NCBI RefSeq assembly: GCF_006345805.1
Contig: NW_021836127.1
Location: forward strand, 208,012 to 272,011
DNA: 64,000 bases
Reading direction: 5' to 3'
From: Octopus sinensis
Taxonomy: Eukaryota
The notes beneath the pieces were generated by a model that did not search any database, was not told the DNA's origin, and saw only the letters and a program-made list of their open reading frames with translations. Made by a program: the position numbers and the translations under genes. Position 1 is the stretch's first letter. Each line of letters starts with the position of its first letter. Positions 24,590 through 38,567 of this stretch are shown in pieces.

Positions 24590-25005
24590 TGCATGAACAA
24601 CCTTTATCGTGCAGGAGGAGTGCCGGACGTTTTCCGAGGCACTCTGCTATGAACGACATCATACGGAGTGCCCTCGACTTGGCGGAATTTCCTTCGGTTC
24701 TCACACCACCGGGTCTTGACCGCGGTGACGGGAAATGTCCTGACGGGATGACCCTTTTCCCTTTTGAGGGCGGAAAAGGCCTCATATGGGATGCAACCTG
24801 CTGGGACACTTTTTCTGCTTCACATTTAACTTCGTGTGCTCTGGAGGCTAAATCTGCTGCTAAGAAGGCTGAAGATTTAAAGCTATCCAAATATTCTGCC
24901 CTTTCGGAGGAGTTTTTCGTGGTGCCGATGGCGGCGGAGACGTCGGGTGCTCTCGGTCCAAAGACTGAAAAGTTCCTCCGCAAGCTCGGAGCCAAAATCA
25001 CTCGT
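24590..25005 (+). mobile_element. CRE-like RLE domain fragment
   Basis: PLSCRRSAGRFPRH, GLDRGDGKCPDGMTLFP, WDATC, VPMAAETSG. Confidence 0.9.
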
Positions 25006-25724
25006 TTATTGTACTAGTCTCGTTGTAATCTCTGTCCTTTCATAATAGGCATTATGCATCCTTTGACACTTTCTATCTTCTTTTTTGTATTTTCAGAGAA
25101 TTTATGATTTATATTATAATAATAAAGCTCAAAATAATTGATTTAAAATTTAAAAGAATAAAGATTGATTTGTATCAGGACTCTCCATTGAAATTCAATT
25201 ATTTTTTTATTTAAAAAACAGGCGATTTCTTTTATGTCTGGCAACCCCTGAGAGTCGCTTACTGTGCCTTTAGAGCCCGATTTCTTTCTGGACCATGTAC
25301 CATGTAAATATATTCTATTACATTTTTACTAATTCTTTTAACATTATTTTCGAACGTAAACTTATTTGTATACACGTGACAAAACTTTAGACGTTATTCA
25401 TGAGTTTTAAACGGTTAATTCATCGATACAATCGTGATGAAGAATTTGCCGTGGAATTTGGTATGAGTAAAAAATATTTTCTAATTAAATTGGATTTTTA
25501 CATAACTCAACGATATATCTATTATTGCAAGGAACATATGTAACATTGATCGATACCAAAAAATAAAAATAATGGAAAAAGTGACTGTTTTATTATGTTG
25601 CAAGTAAATAAAAAAAATTTTTTTATTAATTGGGAAATATAAATCTCCGAGGTGTCTGAAAATTTTAATCCAGGAGATAATCAAGTTATTTATGCATCTT
25701 AAAAAAATTCATGGATGACAAAGA

Positions 25725-26170
25725 ATTTTCGTCATAGCGCTGGCCGTTTCCCTCTGGGCTTAATGATGTGATGAGTCGCGCTTTGGCATCTGCAAAATTC
25801 TCTAATGTGTTGGAACCATTTGGGTCGAATCGAAAGCGCCCAGTGGCATAAAAATATTTCCCTTCGATTACAGGAAATGCCTCTCTGGGACGCGACATGC
25901 TCAGACACTTTCTCTTTCGACTTTCTCTTCTGAACTCGCAGTTGGCGAACCTGGCTTGGCGGCAAGACACGCGAACTCGCAAAATTAAAAAATACTCATC
26001 CCCGGCTGGAAATCACATTCTTGCGCCAATAGCCGTGGAGATATCAATCCGAAATCGCTTTCTTTCGTCGGCTAGGGACGAAAATCGCTAAGAAAAGAAA
26101 AAATTACAACGAGACTCGTAAATTTCTCCAAAGAGTCTTGGGAAACTGCCAGGTCGTCTTATGCACCGGC
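25725..26170 (+). mobile_element. Degraded CRE-like RLE fragment
   Basis: SAGRFP, NDVMSRAL, NVLEP, WDATC and APIAVE remnants. Confidence 0.7.
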
Positions 26171-26499
26171 AGTTCAATATTCGTTTAGTTGTGGATTTTT
26201 TTGTTTATTATCTTCGTTACGTCGTGATCTTAAACTTTCTCAAAAATTTGGAAATAATCAATTTGATTATTTAAGGAGGTCAAACTCAGGCAGTTCTATC
26301 TCCAAGATTCAAGTGTTCTCGGTCTCAAGTTTCATGGATTTTGAAGAATAGATAGAAATTGAGGACGATGAAAATCCTATAGCCGTGAAAAAAACAGTTG
26401 AAGCTCTGCGTGCATACAGATTCGCACGCCAGTTTCTGAATAACAGCTAAAAAGTGAAATGGATATGGACAACTTTTATGAAGTAGAAAAAGCGTCCTA

Positions 26500-27110
26500 A
26501 ACCTTTTCATAAGATTTTCCAGTACAAATGTTAAGCTATTAACTGTAAAACGATAATCATCTCAGTTATAGTTTTTTTTAAAACGATAATCTCGGAAACT
26601 CTTTACGTCAGCCGCAATTTTGAAAAATGTGGAAACGATCATAGTTTTTCCATTCCATTAAAAACAAAACTCAATGATATCAAAAAAATAAATTTCAGTG
26701 TGAATTGTTGAAAAGAAATTTTAATTCTTTTTATTGCTCCTGTGTGTTGTATTTGGAATTGTGGAGAAAAAATTATAACGGAGGGGAATGATAGAAAAAA
26801 TAATACTGAATGGGTTGATGTAGAAACATCGGCAGAAAAAAATTAAAAAAGCAATTGGATTTAATGATATAAATGTCAACGATTTATTTGTTAAATTCCA
26901 AATTTTATTAAAATTATCGAATATGTTTTTGCCTACCTGTCACTATTGCTCCTGTATAAACGATCGTTTCTATCAAGAATTTCACTTGGTCAAAAAAGAA
27001 AGAGATCGAATGAAAAAGAAACCTTCAAATCATTTTAGAATTGTAAATTGAACATTCGGATGCCGTGGATTGATTTTTTGAATAATCAAAAATTTCTAGA
27101 TAAGTTCATT
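26500..27110 (+). mobile_element. hAT transposase C-terminal (dimerisation) remnant
   Basis: IEYVFCLPVTIAPV..RSF-type motif near 26915-26970; frameshifted. Confidence 0.55.
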
Positions 27111-27249
27111 CAGTTCAAAATATATCGAATTTCTTAGTAATTTTAATAAAAATTTTCTTGTTTCTCTGTGAAACTTTTTTAGCAAGCCTCAGTACTTCGA
27201 TATTACTGACGAAATCGTAAAGAATGGACAACTTTCCTGCCAATAAAAA

Positions 27250-27470
27250 TGATTTATGACATTGTCTCGACATCGACCTGCTTAAGGCGGTTTTGGAAAG
27301 TGTTCTCACTTCGATGAGAGAAATTTGTTCTTAATTTTGTTGTACACAAATATGTTAGGCTTGTTGCACTTAATATTCGTGTCTGTAAGTATTGAGAATC
27401 GATTCGTATTTCGACATTTTGCGATTGATTGGACAGATAACTCTTCAATTTTTTGACTTTGCGGATTGCG
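27250..27470 (-). mobile_element. R4/Dong-like retrotransposon RLE remnant
   Basis: NVEIRID, NKPNIFV and QNRLKQVDVE across frameshifts. Confidence 0.6.
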
Positions 27471-28039
27471 TACTTCCTACATAGATGCAGGTGAAGGTGA
27501 ATATATTTCACGACTTCGTTATGTCATAATCAGTAATAATATTGTAGTCCGATATAACAACAACAAGAAGCCCTGCCGCAAGATGAGAACGGAATGTAAC
27601 ATCTCGCTGGGCCAGCCACATAAAATCAAGACAGGGAGAGAGAACATGTTATTAGGAAACAACTAATCCAGAGGAAGACGACCCGAACGAAGATATGTAT
27701 TTCTGCTCCATCTAATTTTTCTTTTCGAGCGTGGCTGAAGTTGACATCCGGTTCTTCAGTGGTGTATCATTGTTGACGGCGTCACTCGTCAATCCGGGGT
27801 GCACGTAATATGCATGGAACCTTCCGCCGAAATGATAACAGTGAGATTCGAACACAGGAGCTTCGGAAAACTACTCAGTTCTTCAGTCCTGATATAAGGT
27901 GCAAGTAAAATTCAGAAAAATTACCTAATTTAAATAAATAAAATACATTCAGGTTAGTATTTCGGTTTTAAAACATTTACAGTCAGATCGAGGCTATACA
28001 GCGCAGGGATAGACAATAAAAGTCCCCGATGACCGAGTC

Positions 28040-28570
28040 AAGTAGTCAAGAAGAAATCTTAGGGGATATCCTTCTTGGGCACCACGATATAAAAGAACGA
28101 TTTTATTTTCAAAAACAAGCGAGGTTGTTCAGTCATAAAGAGATCTACTAGATGTGCTATCTCAGGGGTTATTGCGAGGCAGGTCTGAATAATTTGATTT
28201 TTCTTGACGCTGTTAAAAGCGTTTTTGAAATCGAGTTTAATAGCGACCAGGGGAAAAACATGAGTTGATTTGAAGAATTTACGAGCTACGTGTATTGGGT
28301 TTAGCATTTTTTAGAATTTCCATGTTCGCTGCGGATTCATCACGTGCTTTGGGGAAGCTTTGGCTGCATGTCTGCGGAAATAGTTTCCAACAAAAAAGGA
28401 ATAATATCACTAGCCTTTTTTATCAATAAAAAAAGTATGCAGAGAAAAAAAGATCACTGGCTAAGAGAGGAATGTTTTCAATTCAAATTCGGTTGACCAC
28501 ACTGGTGATGACCGAAAAAGAGAGAAAATGTAAGGTCCTTGAAGTGTTTAAGTCGTAAGGTCCTGAAATT
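28040..28570 (-). mobile_element. CRE-like RT fragment
   Basis: VGNYFRRHAAK and IKLDFKNAFNSVKK. Confidence 0.75.
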
Positions 28571-28779
28571 TTTTTCTGATTGGTTAGATAAGTAAACAAA
28601 TGTCTTTGATTGTAAGAGAAAGTGGAAATAAGTCATTGGGGAGGTTCCATGTGGTTCGTCTTCTATAAAGAGAGAGCATCAGCTAAGCTTTTAAAACAGT
28701 AACTTCATTCATAATTTTACGGATAACTGGGCTGATTCGTGTCTGTGTTTAATGAGCCGACTGAATATATGTCCTCGTT

Positions 28780-28990
28780 CCTTCTTTAATAAATAACTTA
28801 TTAATATGACTTTTAAAGAACTTTGAAGCAAGTCCATCCCATGTCAAAACAATTGGAACAATCTTTACATTTGATTCATAGAGGACAAACAGTTAGTTTT
28901 TAAGAAAATCTTATTTGTGAAATTTTTGCCAATTCAACTTGCTCTAAAACGATCTTGTGAGGTAATGTCCATTTTGATTAAATAAATTTG
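28780..28990 (-). mobile_element. R4/Dong-like RLE remnant
   Basis: ITSQDR and VKIVPIVLTWDGL motifs. Confidence 0.6.
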
Positions 28991-29536
28991 TTTTTTGAAG
29001 CACAGCAACTGAAATTCACTGGAAGAGCCAGCTCGTCACCTTCGGTTGTTTGTTTTTTAGAAGAAAACTTTTCACGGACGATCGAATTAAACTTAGGAAT
29101 CTCGAGTTTATAGATTTATATTATATATTAAATTTTGTGCTATAGAATAATAATGAGATTAGCAATTAATTATGCAGCTTGATTTCCTCAATGTAATATC
29201 TGGAACTCTAACTGCAAAGAATAGAAGTAACAAAGATTCGAAACTCATTTCTGAATAATAAAGAGTTTAATTCTGATTGTTCCAAAATCGGGTAAATATG
29301 TATTCCCAGATTAGTCAATTACCATAACTTTTCTAAGTAGTATGTAATTACGCCGGGCATTCTCAAAGGGTAGGAAACGGTGGGTGGTCTGGGACAGGTA
29401 AAGAAAGTTGTGATATGGTTAGAAAAATGAGAAATTTGAATCAAAAAGTAAAAAAAAATAGTTACTTAAAAAAATATTTTTTCCAATTATTTATATACAA
29501 ATATATTTTAAATACAGAATTTAAATTTTTAGAAAA

Positions 29537-31217
29537 ATGATAATAAATTTTAATAACAAAATTATTCAAATGCATTACGAATTTTGTTCTAATACTGTTA
29601 ACATTGAAAAGCTAATAACTCATGAAAAAAAAGTTGGGGAGATAAAGTATTCTTTCTATTTTCAATTTTTATAGAATATTATAAATTTTGTTTATCATTC
29701 AAGAATATTTCAGAAAGTTTGAGCCAATGCCACAAATTTCGAATAAGAATTGGTGCGAATTTTTAAGATTAAAAAAACAAAAATTAAACCTCATAATGAA
29801 CTAAATAAATTCAAGATAATAATAATACAAGTATTTTTCATATACTTAATTTTAGAGATAATTTCTCCCTATTTTTGTATCTTATGAAGACAGACATGAT
29901 TTAGTAAACTTTGTTCTCAGTGAATTTTTCAGCACAAAGCCAATTCACTCAATTCAAACATTCCATTTTTGTTTGTTTTTTATATTTATTTAGAAAAAAT
30001 TTGTTTCGATATTATTACATTATTTTACTATTGATACATCCATATTTGTTTTAAAGAAACTAATATCAAATCCAAGTATATGTTTCCTTTATGTTATTAT
30101 GACTGCGAACTTCTAAACAAAGCCTTTCAAATCTTTTTTTACCGAAAATCAGTAATAATTACAGTTCACAAAAATAGAACAAATATTTGCATTATTCAAA
30201 GAATTAATGAGTTGAATTCTAGTTATACTGATTGGACAATTTTCATATTTAATCTGATTCCTTTTTCTTATTTGGTTTAATAAATAATTAATTTTTAGTT
30301 AAGAGTAATGATGCTTATTTTATGTATGGAGTAAAAATAATCTTCAAGTTTGGAATTTCACTTTTTTTGATTTTTATTAATTCTGAAAGTAAAATATAAA
30401 TTTATTAAAATCCAGAAAATGACTTTGAGATTGAACAAATGGAAATATTTTATAGTTCTTTTAAATTTCATGATCTATTTAAGGTTATTTCAACATATTT
30501 CTTACATTAAATTAGATTGCATATTCCTTGAAATTCACAGATGAAGACATTGAAAACGCATTTGTTCAAGATAATACTATTTTGTTGAAATCAACTAAAA
30601 TTGATTATATTGAGAAAAAGTATACATAAAAATCTAATTCCAAAATTATAAATGTCAATCAAGTGAATATTTTATATTTATACTGCTTAGCTTAAAAAAC
30701 TATATTCACATATGCCATTTAGAATTGGCTGTAAATCTCCCCAGTTAAACTTCTGCACTGATGACGATGGATGGAGTTTTCAAACTTTTTATAAAAAATT
30801 AAAAATACATCAAGAGTCTATAATTTTATTCAAAACTAATAAAAACGAGGTAATTTGTCGAAAAATAATGATTAAGAGCTTTGGGGTTTTCAGTGGATGT
30901 AAATTAGATATTCTAATGACTGAAAAGTGTTATCAGGGAAATGGAGAAACTTTCGTGTTTAGACTAAATCCAAATTTTTCTGTACATCACTGGTCAGAAA
31001 TAGAGAGTAATCAAATGTTTTTTGTCTTGAATTCTGAATATTTTTCTGTAGGCGATGGGTTTGAATATTAGTTTTCACAATTAGTTCTATTGAAGCTATT
31101 TTTATTTTTAATGATCTACTTTCGGGAACTACTCATAGTTGTCTTACGTTCAATAATCCTCCATTGGCTTCAAATGAATTTTCATGTATTAAAATCGAAA
31201 TTATTGGATTTAGTTAA
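29537..31217 (+). CDS. TBC1D24: TBC1D24/skywalker-like protein (divergent TBC plus TLDc domain), multi-exon; start uncertain
   Basis: VSILLHYF, DWTIFIFNLIPFSYL, DAYFMYGVKIIFKFG (TBC); FCTDDDGWSFQTFY, GNGETFVFRLNP, HSCLTFNNPPL, IEIIGFS* (TLDc); short GT-AG introns; a few homopolymer frameshifts. Confidence 0.75.
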
Positions 31218-31624
31218 AATACCATTTTTTGTTTTATTCTATATATTTTGACTAAAATAATAAGCATATTTCGAACACATATAAAGTTCGTATCGTAAAT
31301 ACTGAAAAAAGAGAAAAAATGTAATTTAGAAACATCTGTATAAGAAAAAGACAAGAACTGTGTGGAAAATAAGGAATTTGTTCATCTTTTAAGTTTATTC
31401 AACGTGAAGAAGAACACCCTCAATCGAACTATTTTTTCGGTTCCTGAACGTTGTGTTGCGTTTTTTAAAAAGTCTCCTCATTGATTTCCAATCTGAATTT
31501 AATTTCTATCACTTAATTTTTGATATTTAGATCCCGTCGTTAAAGAATTCTGGTACCTCTCCAGAGTTTTCTATTTCAATACACAAGTTGACTAATAAAT
31601 AAAACAATAAACTAATTAAAGACT

Positions 31625-31900
31625 TCACGAGAAGCTCGACCAGCCTCGCGAATATCAAACCCATTCCCTTGGATGATTGACTTTCCAAGAGCCAAGATGA
31701 CTCTCTTTAGTCGTGTCGTATTCTTGATATCCGTCAACCAAGCAAGCGAAGGAAACAAAGCGTCTTGGGGCCAAAGATGTCGAAGGACTGCAAGCGATTG
31801 GAGTAAAAATATGAATTTGAAAGGTGGCCGTACTTGCGATCCTCTGTCCGCCTCTACGTGTGCTGAGGATCGACAGCCGCCCGAATGTGTCTGAGCAGGT
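31625..31900 (-). mobile_element. CRE-like RLE C-terminal fragment
   Basis: DRKYGHL, FGPKTLCFLRLLG and IIQGN across frameshifts. Confidence 0.65.
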
Positions 31901-32239
31901 AGAATCTTAAATAAAAGATTTTTCTTGCACGTATGGAAACGTGGACAGGCCGTATAGGAGTTTGCCCGTCTTCTTATCCAGGCTCGAGGGAAATTGCGAT
32001 GCTCAAAAAAATTTTGTCCATCAGATTCTCGATGGAAGACCGAGAGGAAGAGCCTTTCACCAAGCACCACTGCCTTGACAGCGAACTCCAATGGAGACAA
32101 TCGAGTCGGGTATGATTGGAGACGGAAGCAAAGTGTTGTATATGATTTTCTGTTTTATTCTCGAAATTAACGTAAATAATAAAAAGATGTTAGATACATA
32201 AAAAAAACAACTTTGTATATTTATCAGAAATTGTGGATT

Positions 32240-32575
32240 CTTTGGAACTACGGGAAACGTTCTGACGGGTTGACTACGTTCCTTTTCAGGAGAGGTAGGT
32301 CATTTGTTTGGAACGTGACCTATTTGGATTTTTTTCCGAAACGCTGTTGTCAAAACAGCATGAGGAGAGAGATTGAAATACATAGTTTTTCTGGCGCTTA
32401 CGAGTTCGTCCCCCTGTTTTTGAGACCACTGGCGTGGTCGGTAAGGAGGCCTAGAGGTTGTTGCGTATGCCTGACAATAAAATTGCCTTGAAGAACCATG
32501 ACCGGAGGGAGGGAGCTGGCTCGGTATCTATTATACGTGGGAACTGCCTCTCGATCCGCAGTGCGTCTTCGGTCG
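32240..32575 (+). mobile_element. CRE-like RLE fragment
   Basis: GKRSDGLTTF, WNVT, YEFVP, ETTGVVG, IIRGN. Confidence 0.75.
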
Positions 32576-33299
32576 GACTGTTTCTGATTTCATTTTATTA
32601 AAAAATAATATTGACATTAAAAAAATTAAATACTATTTAACTTTGATTCATCATTGCGGTCAATATATTAAGTCTATTAAAATGATGACTTGTATGTTAT
32701 CGTTAGTTTCAGTTTAAAACTATATTTGGTCTAAACTCCAAATTTATTCATAAAATAAGCATTCATTTAAAATAAGCATGTAATCAAAATAATTTCTAGT
32801 CAAAATTGAAATGACCTCAATTATCCAATAAGGAATCACGATCCTTTTGTCGTCAATATATTACTAGATAAATAAAAGTATACAAAGTTTAATAATGACT
32901 TGTATTGAAGATTATTTTTGATTTTTTATTGGGATAAAATATGATTGAGAATTTATTAGCTCTGGCCGTGGTGGTTGCAAGCTTGAAGAATTTGCAGGTT
33001 TAGCGAAGATAAAAATATACAAAGAGTGTAAGAATGAATTTGTATTTGAACATTATTTTGATTTTTTATTTGATTAAATATGATTAGTTATTTCCTAAAC
33101 TTAGTCCAAGAATATTGACTCTATTAAAAATGTAATATTTATATCAGAAGTTTTCACAAAGAAATTTCTCTCGGCTCAAATATTATAAAAAAATCTCGAG
33201 TCGCATAATCAAAAATCTAAATATATTTATAAAATTCCAAACTTATTATTTTTACATAATTATTCTATGTCTGGCTGAATATTTGACAAGGTAAGTTGA

Positions 33300-34060
33300 A
33301 TTTCTAAATCTAAATCCAGTAGATTTTCCCGCTTATTGGTTTTAATGTTTTGTAACGCGGAAAACCCCTTCTCACAGAAATAATTGTTGGAATTTTAGAA
33401 TGATTCTCGTTGTTTTAGAATGATCAAAAATATGCCTGTTAAATATGCAAGTTTTAATTTCCAAATCGAATTGGTGATCAATTCATGAAATTGATAGCAT
33501 TGTTCTCTCGCGAAAAACTCAACAATCATATCTTTTTATCATAGACTCAGGTTAATGCCCTTCCTCAGGATAACCATCCTATTCGATATGTAGGAATAAA
33601 TTCTTATAACTTGCTTCCATTTCATCACATAAAGAATTAAGAAGTCTAGAATTTTTAGATTGAGTTTTATATAATTGATCATTTGTATCAAATCATCCAA
33701 AACTGATTTCAAAGCAAGCGGACGAGTTTTCAAACCAATACATCACGATGTAAAAACAATATGTAGAAGGTATTTGATCATTTTGTGCTTTAGTAAGAAA
33801 CCTGAATTTAGTTATATAAAACACAATATACAATTCATTAAGTCTTCCAAACATATACTTATTAACACGCACTACACATTATTTTTGCTTAATTCTTTAA
33901 ATTAATCAATTGAATAATCTTTATATTCCAATGGGTAGATTCATTTGAAAACATATCCATTCAAATAAGACACTGTGATGAACTATTTCCAGTGCCACAA
34001 CATTCAAAACCCATAGATAAAAAGATGATTTGTAATAGAACAAACGACGTTTGAGAGACA
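33300..34060 (-). mobile_element. Degraded hAT (Charlie/Buster, ZBED5-like) transposase
   Basis: YFCEKGFSAL and SRLLNSLCDEMEASYKNL remnants. Confidence 0.65.
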
Positions 34061-34124
34061 TAATAAATAACAACGTGATTATAATTTATATAAATTTTTT
34101 TATAATAATAATTTTTAAATAATA

Positions 34125-34563
34125 CCACGCGTCTGCTCGAGGCAACCGCAAGCCGTGCCAGCTGGAGCCCTCTGGCCTTAACAGGGCGATGCAAGAGGCC
34201 GTACGCGTCTCGCTCTTCCCGTTCCAGTGCGGCAAGCGATCGTTCTGGACGCGACAGGGTCTGACACTTTTGCGTCAACATGCCTTCTCGCGTCCGCGAT
34301 CGAAGCTGGCACAGCGGCGAGGAGGGCAGAGACCCGGAAGAAACACAAGTACGCCTCGCTCGCCGACAGATTCCTCTTGTGCCTGTTTCAGTCGAAACAT
34401 CAGGCACATTCGGCCAGCCACGCTACGTTTTCTCACCGAGAGAGGCCGTCACCTCGGGAGGATTAGAAACGACCCCCGCGAGGTCAATCGGCTTTTTGAG
34501 CGCGTCTCAATAGCCGTACTCAGGGGGAACAGTTTCTCTATTCTCTCTGCGGCCAGCAGCTGA
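34125..34563 (+). mobile_element. CRE-like RLE fragment and 3' end
   Basis: LEPSGL, DATGSDTFA, VPVSVETSG, RLFERVSIAVLRGNSFSIL. Confidence 0.9.
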
Positions 34564-35319
34564 CTTCCTGTTCCATTTTCTTTTCTTTAGATTAATTTGA
34601 TTATATTATTTTTTATTATTCAAAAATAATTTTTTCAATCCATTTTTAAAAAAAAAAATTTAAAAAATAAGTAAATATAAATCTTCACGCTGTGCAATGT
34701 TTGAAAACATCTGATTTATATAAGCGTAATATCTCAATCCAATTGATATTCCATTTATAAAGGATTCACATATATCGTATGTATCCTGAAATATATTCTT
34801 TTCATATCAGCTTATCATTTATTGGTTGTACTTGCAAATTATAATTTCTAGATTCTATTTGTACACTTATTTAATTTTTTTAAGCTGATAAATTAACATT
34901 ACAAACCGATTTTAGTGTTACAGTAAACAGAATAAACATAACTATAGCATTTTGTAAATCCCCATAGATGACACAATCTTTTCAAATAACAAAAGAAAGT
35001 AGTTTCGGAAGACGTCATCGCCCTTTAGTCCTGTCAAATCGAGTTTAACTATTTATTTACTTTTTATCTAAAATCAGTTTATTGAAATCAAAAAGAGTAA
35101 ATGTACATCAAAAGTTAAAGTTTATAATTTTTAAAACTTAGAACAGTCGGACATCATGATCGTAATTATAAAAAAACATTCATATTTAAATTAGAAACTT
35201 ATCCTAAATCCAAGACCTGGATCTTTAGCCTATGTTTATCAACCAGCTCTATATAATCAATAAATCATAAAAGAAATATCCATATTAAAATAAAACCAAA
35301 ATAAATTAGTGTAAATAAA

Positions 35320-38300
35320 TTAAACCGAAAGACTAAATATTTGATTGAAAGAGTCTCCAACAATTTCACGGGCATTTGCATTAGGACAAATCACATCCAC
35401 AGATGCTGTCTTTTCATAATACGAAACCACAAGTCTTGCGAGTACCAACATACCATTGTCAAATTTCATCGATAAATGAAACACATTCCGCCCCAAATCG
35501 TCAAAATTTACAAACAAGCTAAAAATATTCAACTTCTTCAACTCCGCTGACAAAATACCTACAAATCAAACACGAATGTAAGCCTTGATCGGGAAATGGA
35601 AGTGTGGGTAAATCGATGCATGTTTTATAATCAGGCTGCACATTGTACCACCATGAATTCTGATAGTTAGCCAAATTTCCACTCGGGGCGAACAAAACTG
35701 CCCCGTGTACTAACGTCTGGATAACTCCTTGGTTCATATTGACCACAAACTATCTCAATTGTCCAAAAAGTACCTTTGGGTAGATTAAAGTCGGAGATTT
35801 TGCCATAAAACATTGCTGAAAACTGATTGCTGTCTCAAAAGACACGTGATTGTGTGAGTTTGATATAACTTGAGGTTGAAACGGTACAATTAGCCCAAAA
35901 CTGTCAAGGTTGTCAATTTATACAGCTTCAAACCTATTTTCTGAGACTGACACGTTTTTAAACACCAACTGCTGTGCTGAACTTCCAAAAATATCCACTT
36001 TGGCAATAATAGCTTCCCCTCTACTCCAGAAAACATCCATTCGTAGACACCCTGAACTCACTTTACAACTCCAAGACTACAAATCAATCAATCAACTAAA
36101 AAAACAACATAATGGTCCTTTGAACTTGGCTTTGTGCCTTTACTGACATGAACATTGAGTCGTCGTGACTGTAGGGAGGCGGATCAACCAACTCGTCCAT
36201 GTTTGACCCAAAATCTCCCATTAATTGAGGGAGGACGGCTCAATATGTGAACTCTGAGGGTCGAATGTATTAAAAAACTAATATTAAACTCACATAATAC
36301 CAAAGAATCATCCAAAATGTTATCAGGAGTCGACTCTGATTTTTTCGTATTGTCAGGAATTAGAAACTGTTCGTCAAAGCCCAGTAAATCATTCAAAAGA
36401 TTCCCAGATTGACCACTAACACGAACATTGGTTAAATCAGTTGTATTATCCTCACGTCTATAAAGGTTTATTAATTCACTAACGTTCTAGAAACAGTTGT
36501 CACGCTATTTTCCTGTCCATATGCAAGAGATGGAGGCTTGTGAGTAATAGAAGCCATGCTTCCAATGTGTTTTATCATTTCACTGAGTAGCTTTGGGTCA
36601 AGTGAGTCAATTTTTTCACTTATGGCTGGCTTTGTACTCAAAATAATCTCCTTTGCTGCCTCAGGGTCACTCGACAGGAGTCTCCAGTAAATAAATCCCC
36701 GATCTCTTAAATCAGGGTTTAGACTGTCCTAATGACTGTAAATGAAGAATTGTACTTTTGTGCACAAATCCAATATTTTCTCTACCAAATCCTGTCCTGA
36801 CGGATTCTTGAGGTAATATTTGACAACTGAAGTCAGTAGTTGTAGTTGCACCTGTTTTATTCTAGTTTATTAAACAACCTGAATATCCTCGTCAGAGAAT
36901 GTCTCGATAAATGAGTTTAGTAGTTCATCTGCATTTTCTATTCGTTCAGAATACTCTCCGACAATCCAAACCATCGCTGCTCTAAAAGTAACCCCTGATA
37001 ACCCACCTTGACTCTGGTTCATCCAACAAATCAAAATTCTCACAAAAATTTCCAATTATACTTTCATATTTATTCGGATATTTTCTAAATATATCCTAAA
37101 CTAGTTATATCCATCAACCCGAATGACTACTATAGCCTCTTGGATGATATAATCGACTTTAGACTTTACAAGTTCCTGCAGAGTGAGGACACACTGTTCT
37201 GCCACATCGGGGATCTTTATGGCACAACAACCAATGGCACGGACCGACTTTCTTACAAAGTCAATGTCTACTCCTGTGGCGTACCTGAACAGTCATAAAC
37301 TCACACAAACTCCTTCAATTCAGGCAGAACTCGACTTATGTTGTCAATGTTAGTCAGACGTGTTATAATCTCCAGTTTCTCTAATTTTACATAAATCATG
37401 TCGTTGTATTTGACAAAGAAATTTGCGACTTCATTACACAACACGTTTGGCCTGAAAATTTTTAGGGTGGTTAACCTCTTTTGTAGGATTAGATTAATGT
37501 TACGTAACCCCACATATTGGATCTCTGAGGGGGCGGAAAGCATAGTTATGAGAGGATTTGACAGTTTTTTATCACACGAGCTTAGAAATTCTTCATCAGT
37601 CAGTCGTTCCATCATCCTCATCATCACTTTAATTGTCGACAGAACAACTCCTGCATTCGAATGAGACAACCTCTGAGTAACACGTTCACAAATTCTATAT
37701 TAATTCCAATCTGGCTACGTTTTGGCCTCTTTTTCTGTGCTTGGTTGATAGGCAGCGATATAATCCAAAATAGTGATCTGTCCCCATTCTGTACACTCGT
37801 TGAGAGCATTCATCAACAGATTAAGTTCACTTTGGGATATTTCTGCATTCTTTCCCAAGGAAATCTGCTGCATCTCAGACATTGTGGCCACAGCATTAGC
37901 CACGACCTACACAATCAGATAACAGACCACCATAGAATTGGAATCTGTGAGGTAAGACTTTATATTTGAGAAGCCTTGGTCTTCTACTAGTTTAGGATTC
38001 AGTTTGTAGAGTTTTCCAATGCAAAGAACTGCAGTTTTCCTTACATAGGGGTCACTGTCCTTTAGACATTTACGAAGTGGGTCACATAAATATTCTGTCA
38101 CACAATTCACATTCATACAAGCCATAGTTCTGATTGCAAGGGCACGAACGAGGGGAAATGGCTCGTTTGTGTCCTAAAATGAGTGGTGGGATATGACTTT
38201 GACAAATGAATTGACTGCCATTATAGCCATGTCGGGATTAGAGTGGGAATAGTTTAACAGATATATATAAACCAGTTTTTTTAATTCCAAATCAGAGGTT

Positions 38301-38567
38301 TGACTGCAATTCAAAACGTCAACAAACAGGGAACTAAATTACACACGTCAGTTATTTTGAAAAATTGTTTTTTATTCAAAATATGTCAAGTATGTGATAT
38401 TTTTGTACCTTACATCTTTTCCTGTGGTCATGAAAAATATCACTTTCTTTACAGCGTCCTTTCTTTTAAAAGGTTTATCGCTGGTTAATTCTGATTTTAT
38501 TTCATTTAATTCGCCTATATTTGTTAAATATATATTTTCAACTGTTTTTGGCGTATGTTGAGGACAT
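35320..38567 (-). CDS. AP1B1: AP-1/AP-2 complex beta subunit (beta-adaptin), copy 1, about 17 exons
   Basis: Spliced: [85 protein letters not shown], plus appendage domain. AP1B1 vs AP2B1 cannot be distinguished; 1-nt indel near 36222. Confidence 0.93.

Noticed and set aside
34670-35160. Possible small minus-strand gene downstream of beta-adaptin
   Set aside because: Short open stretches and candidate introns exist, but no consistent gene model or homology could be built.
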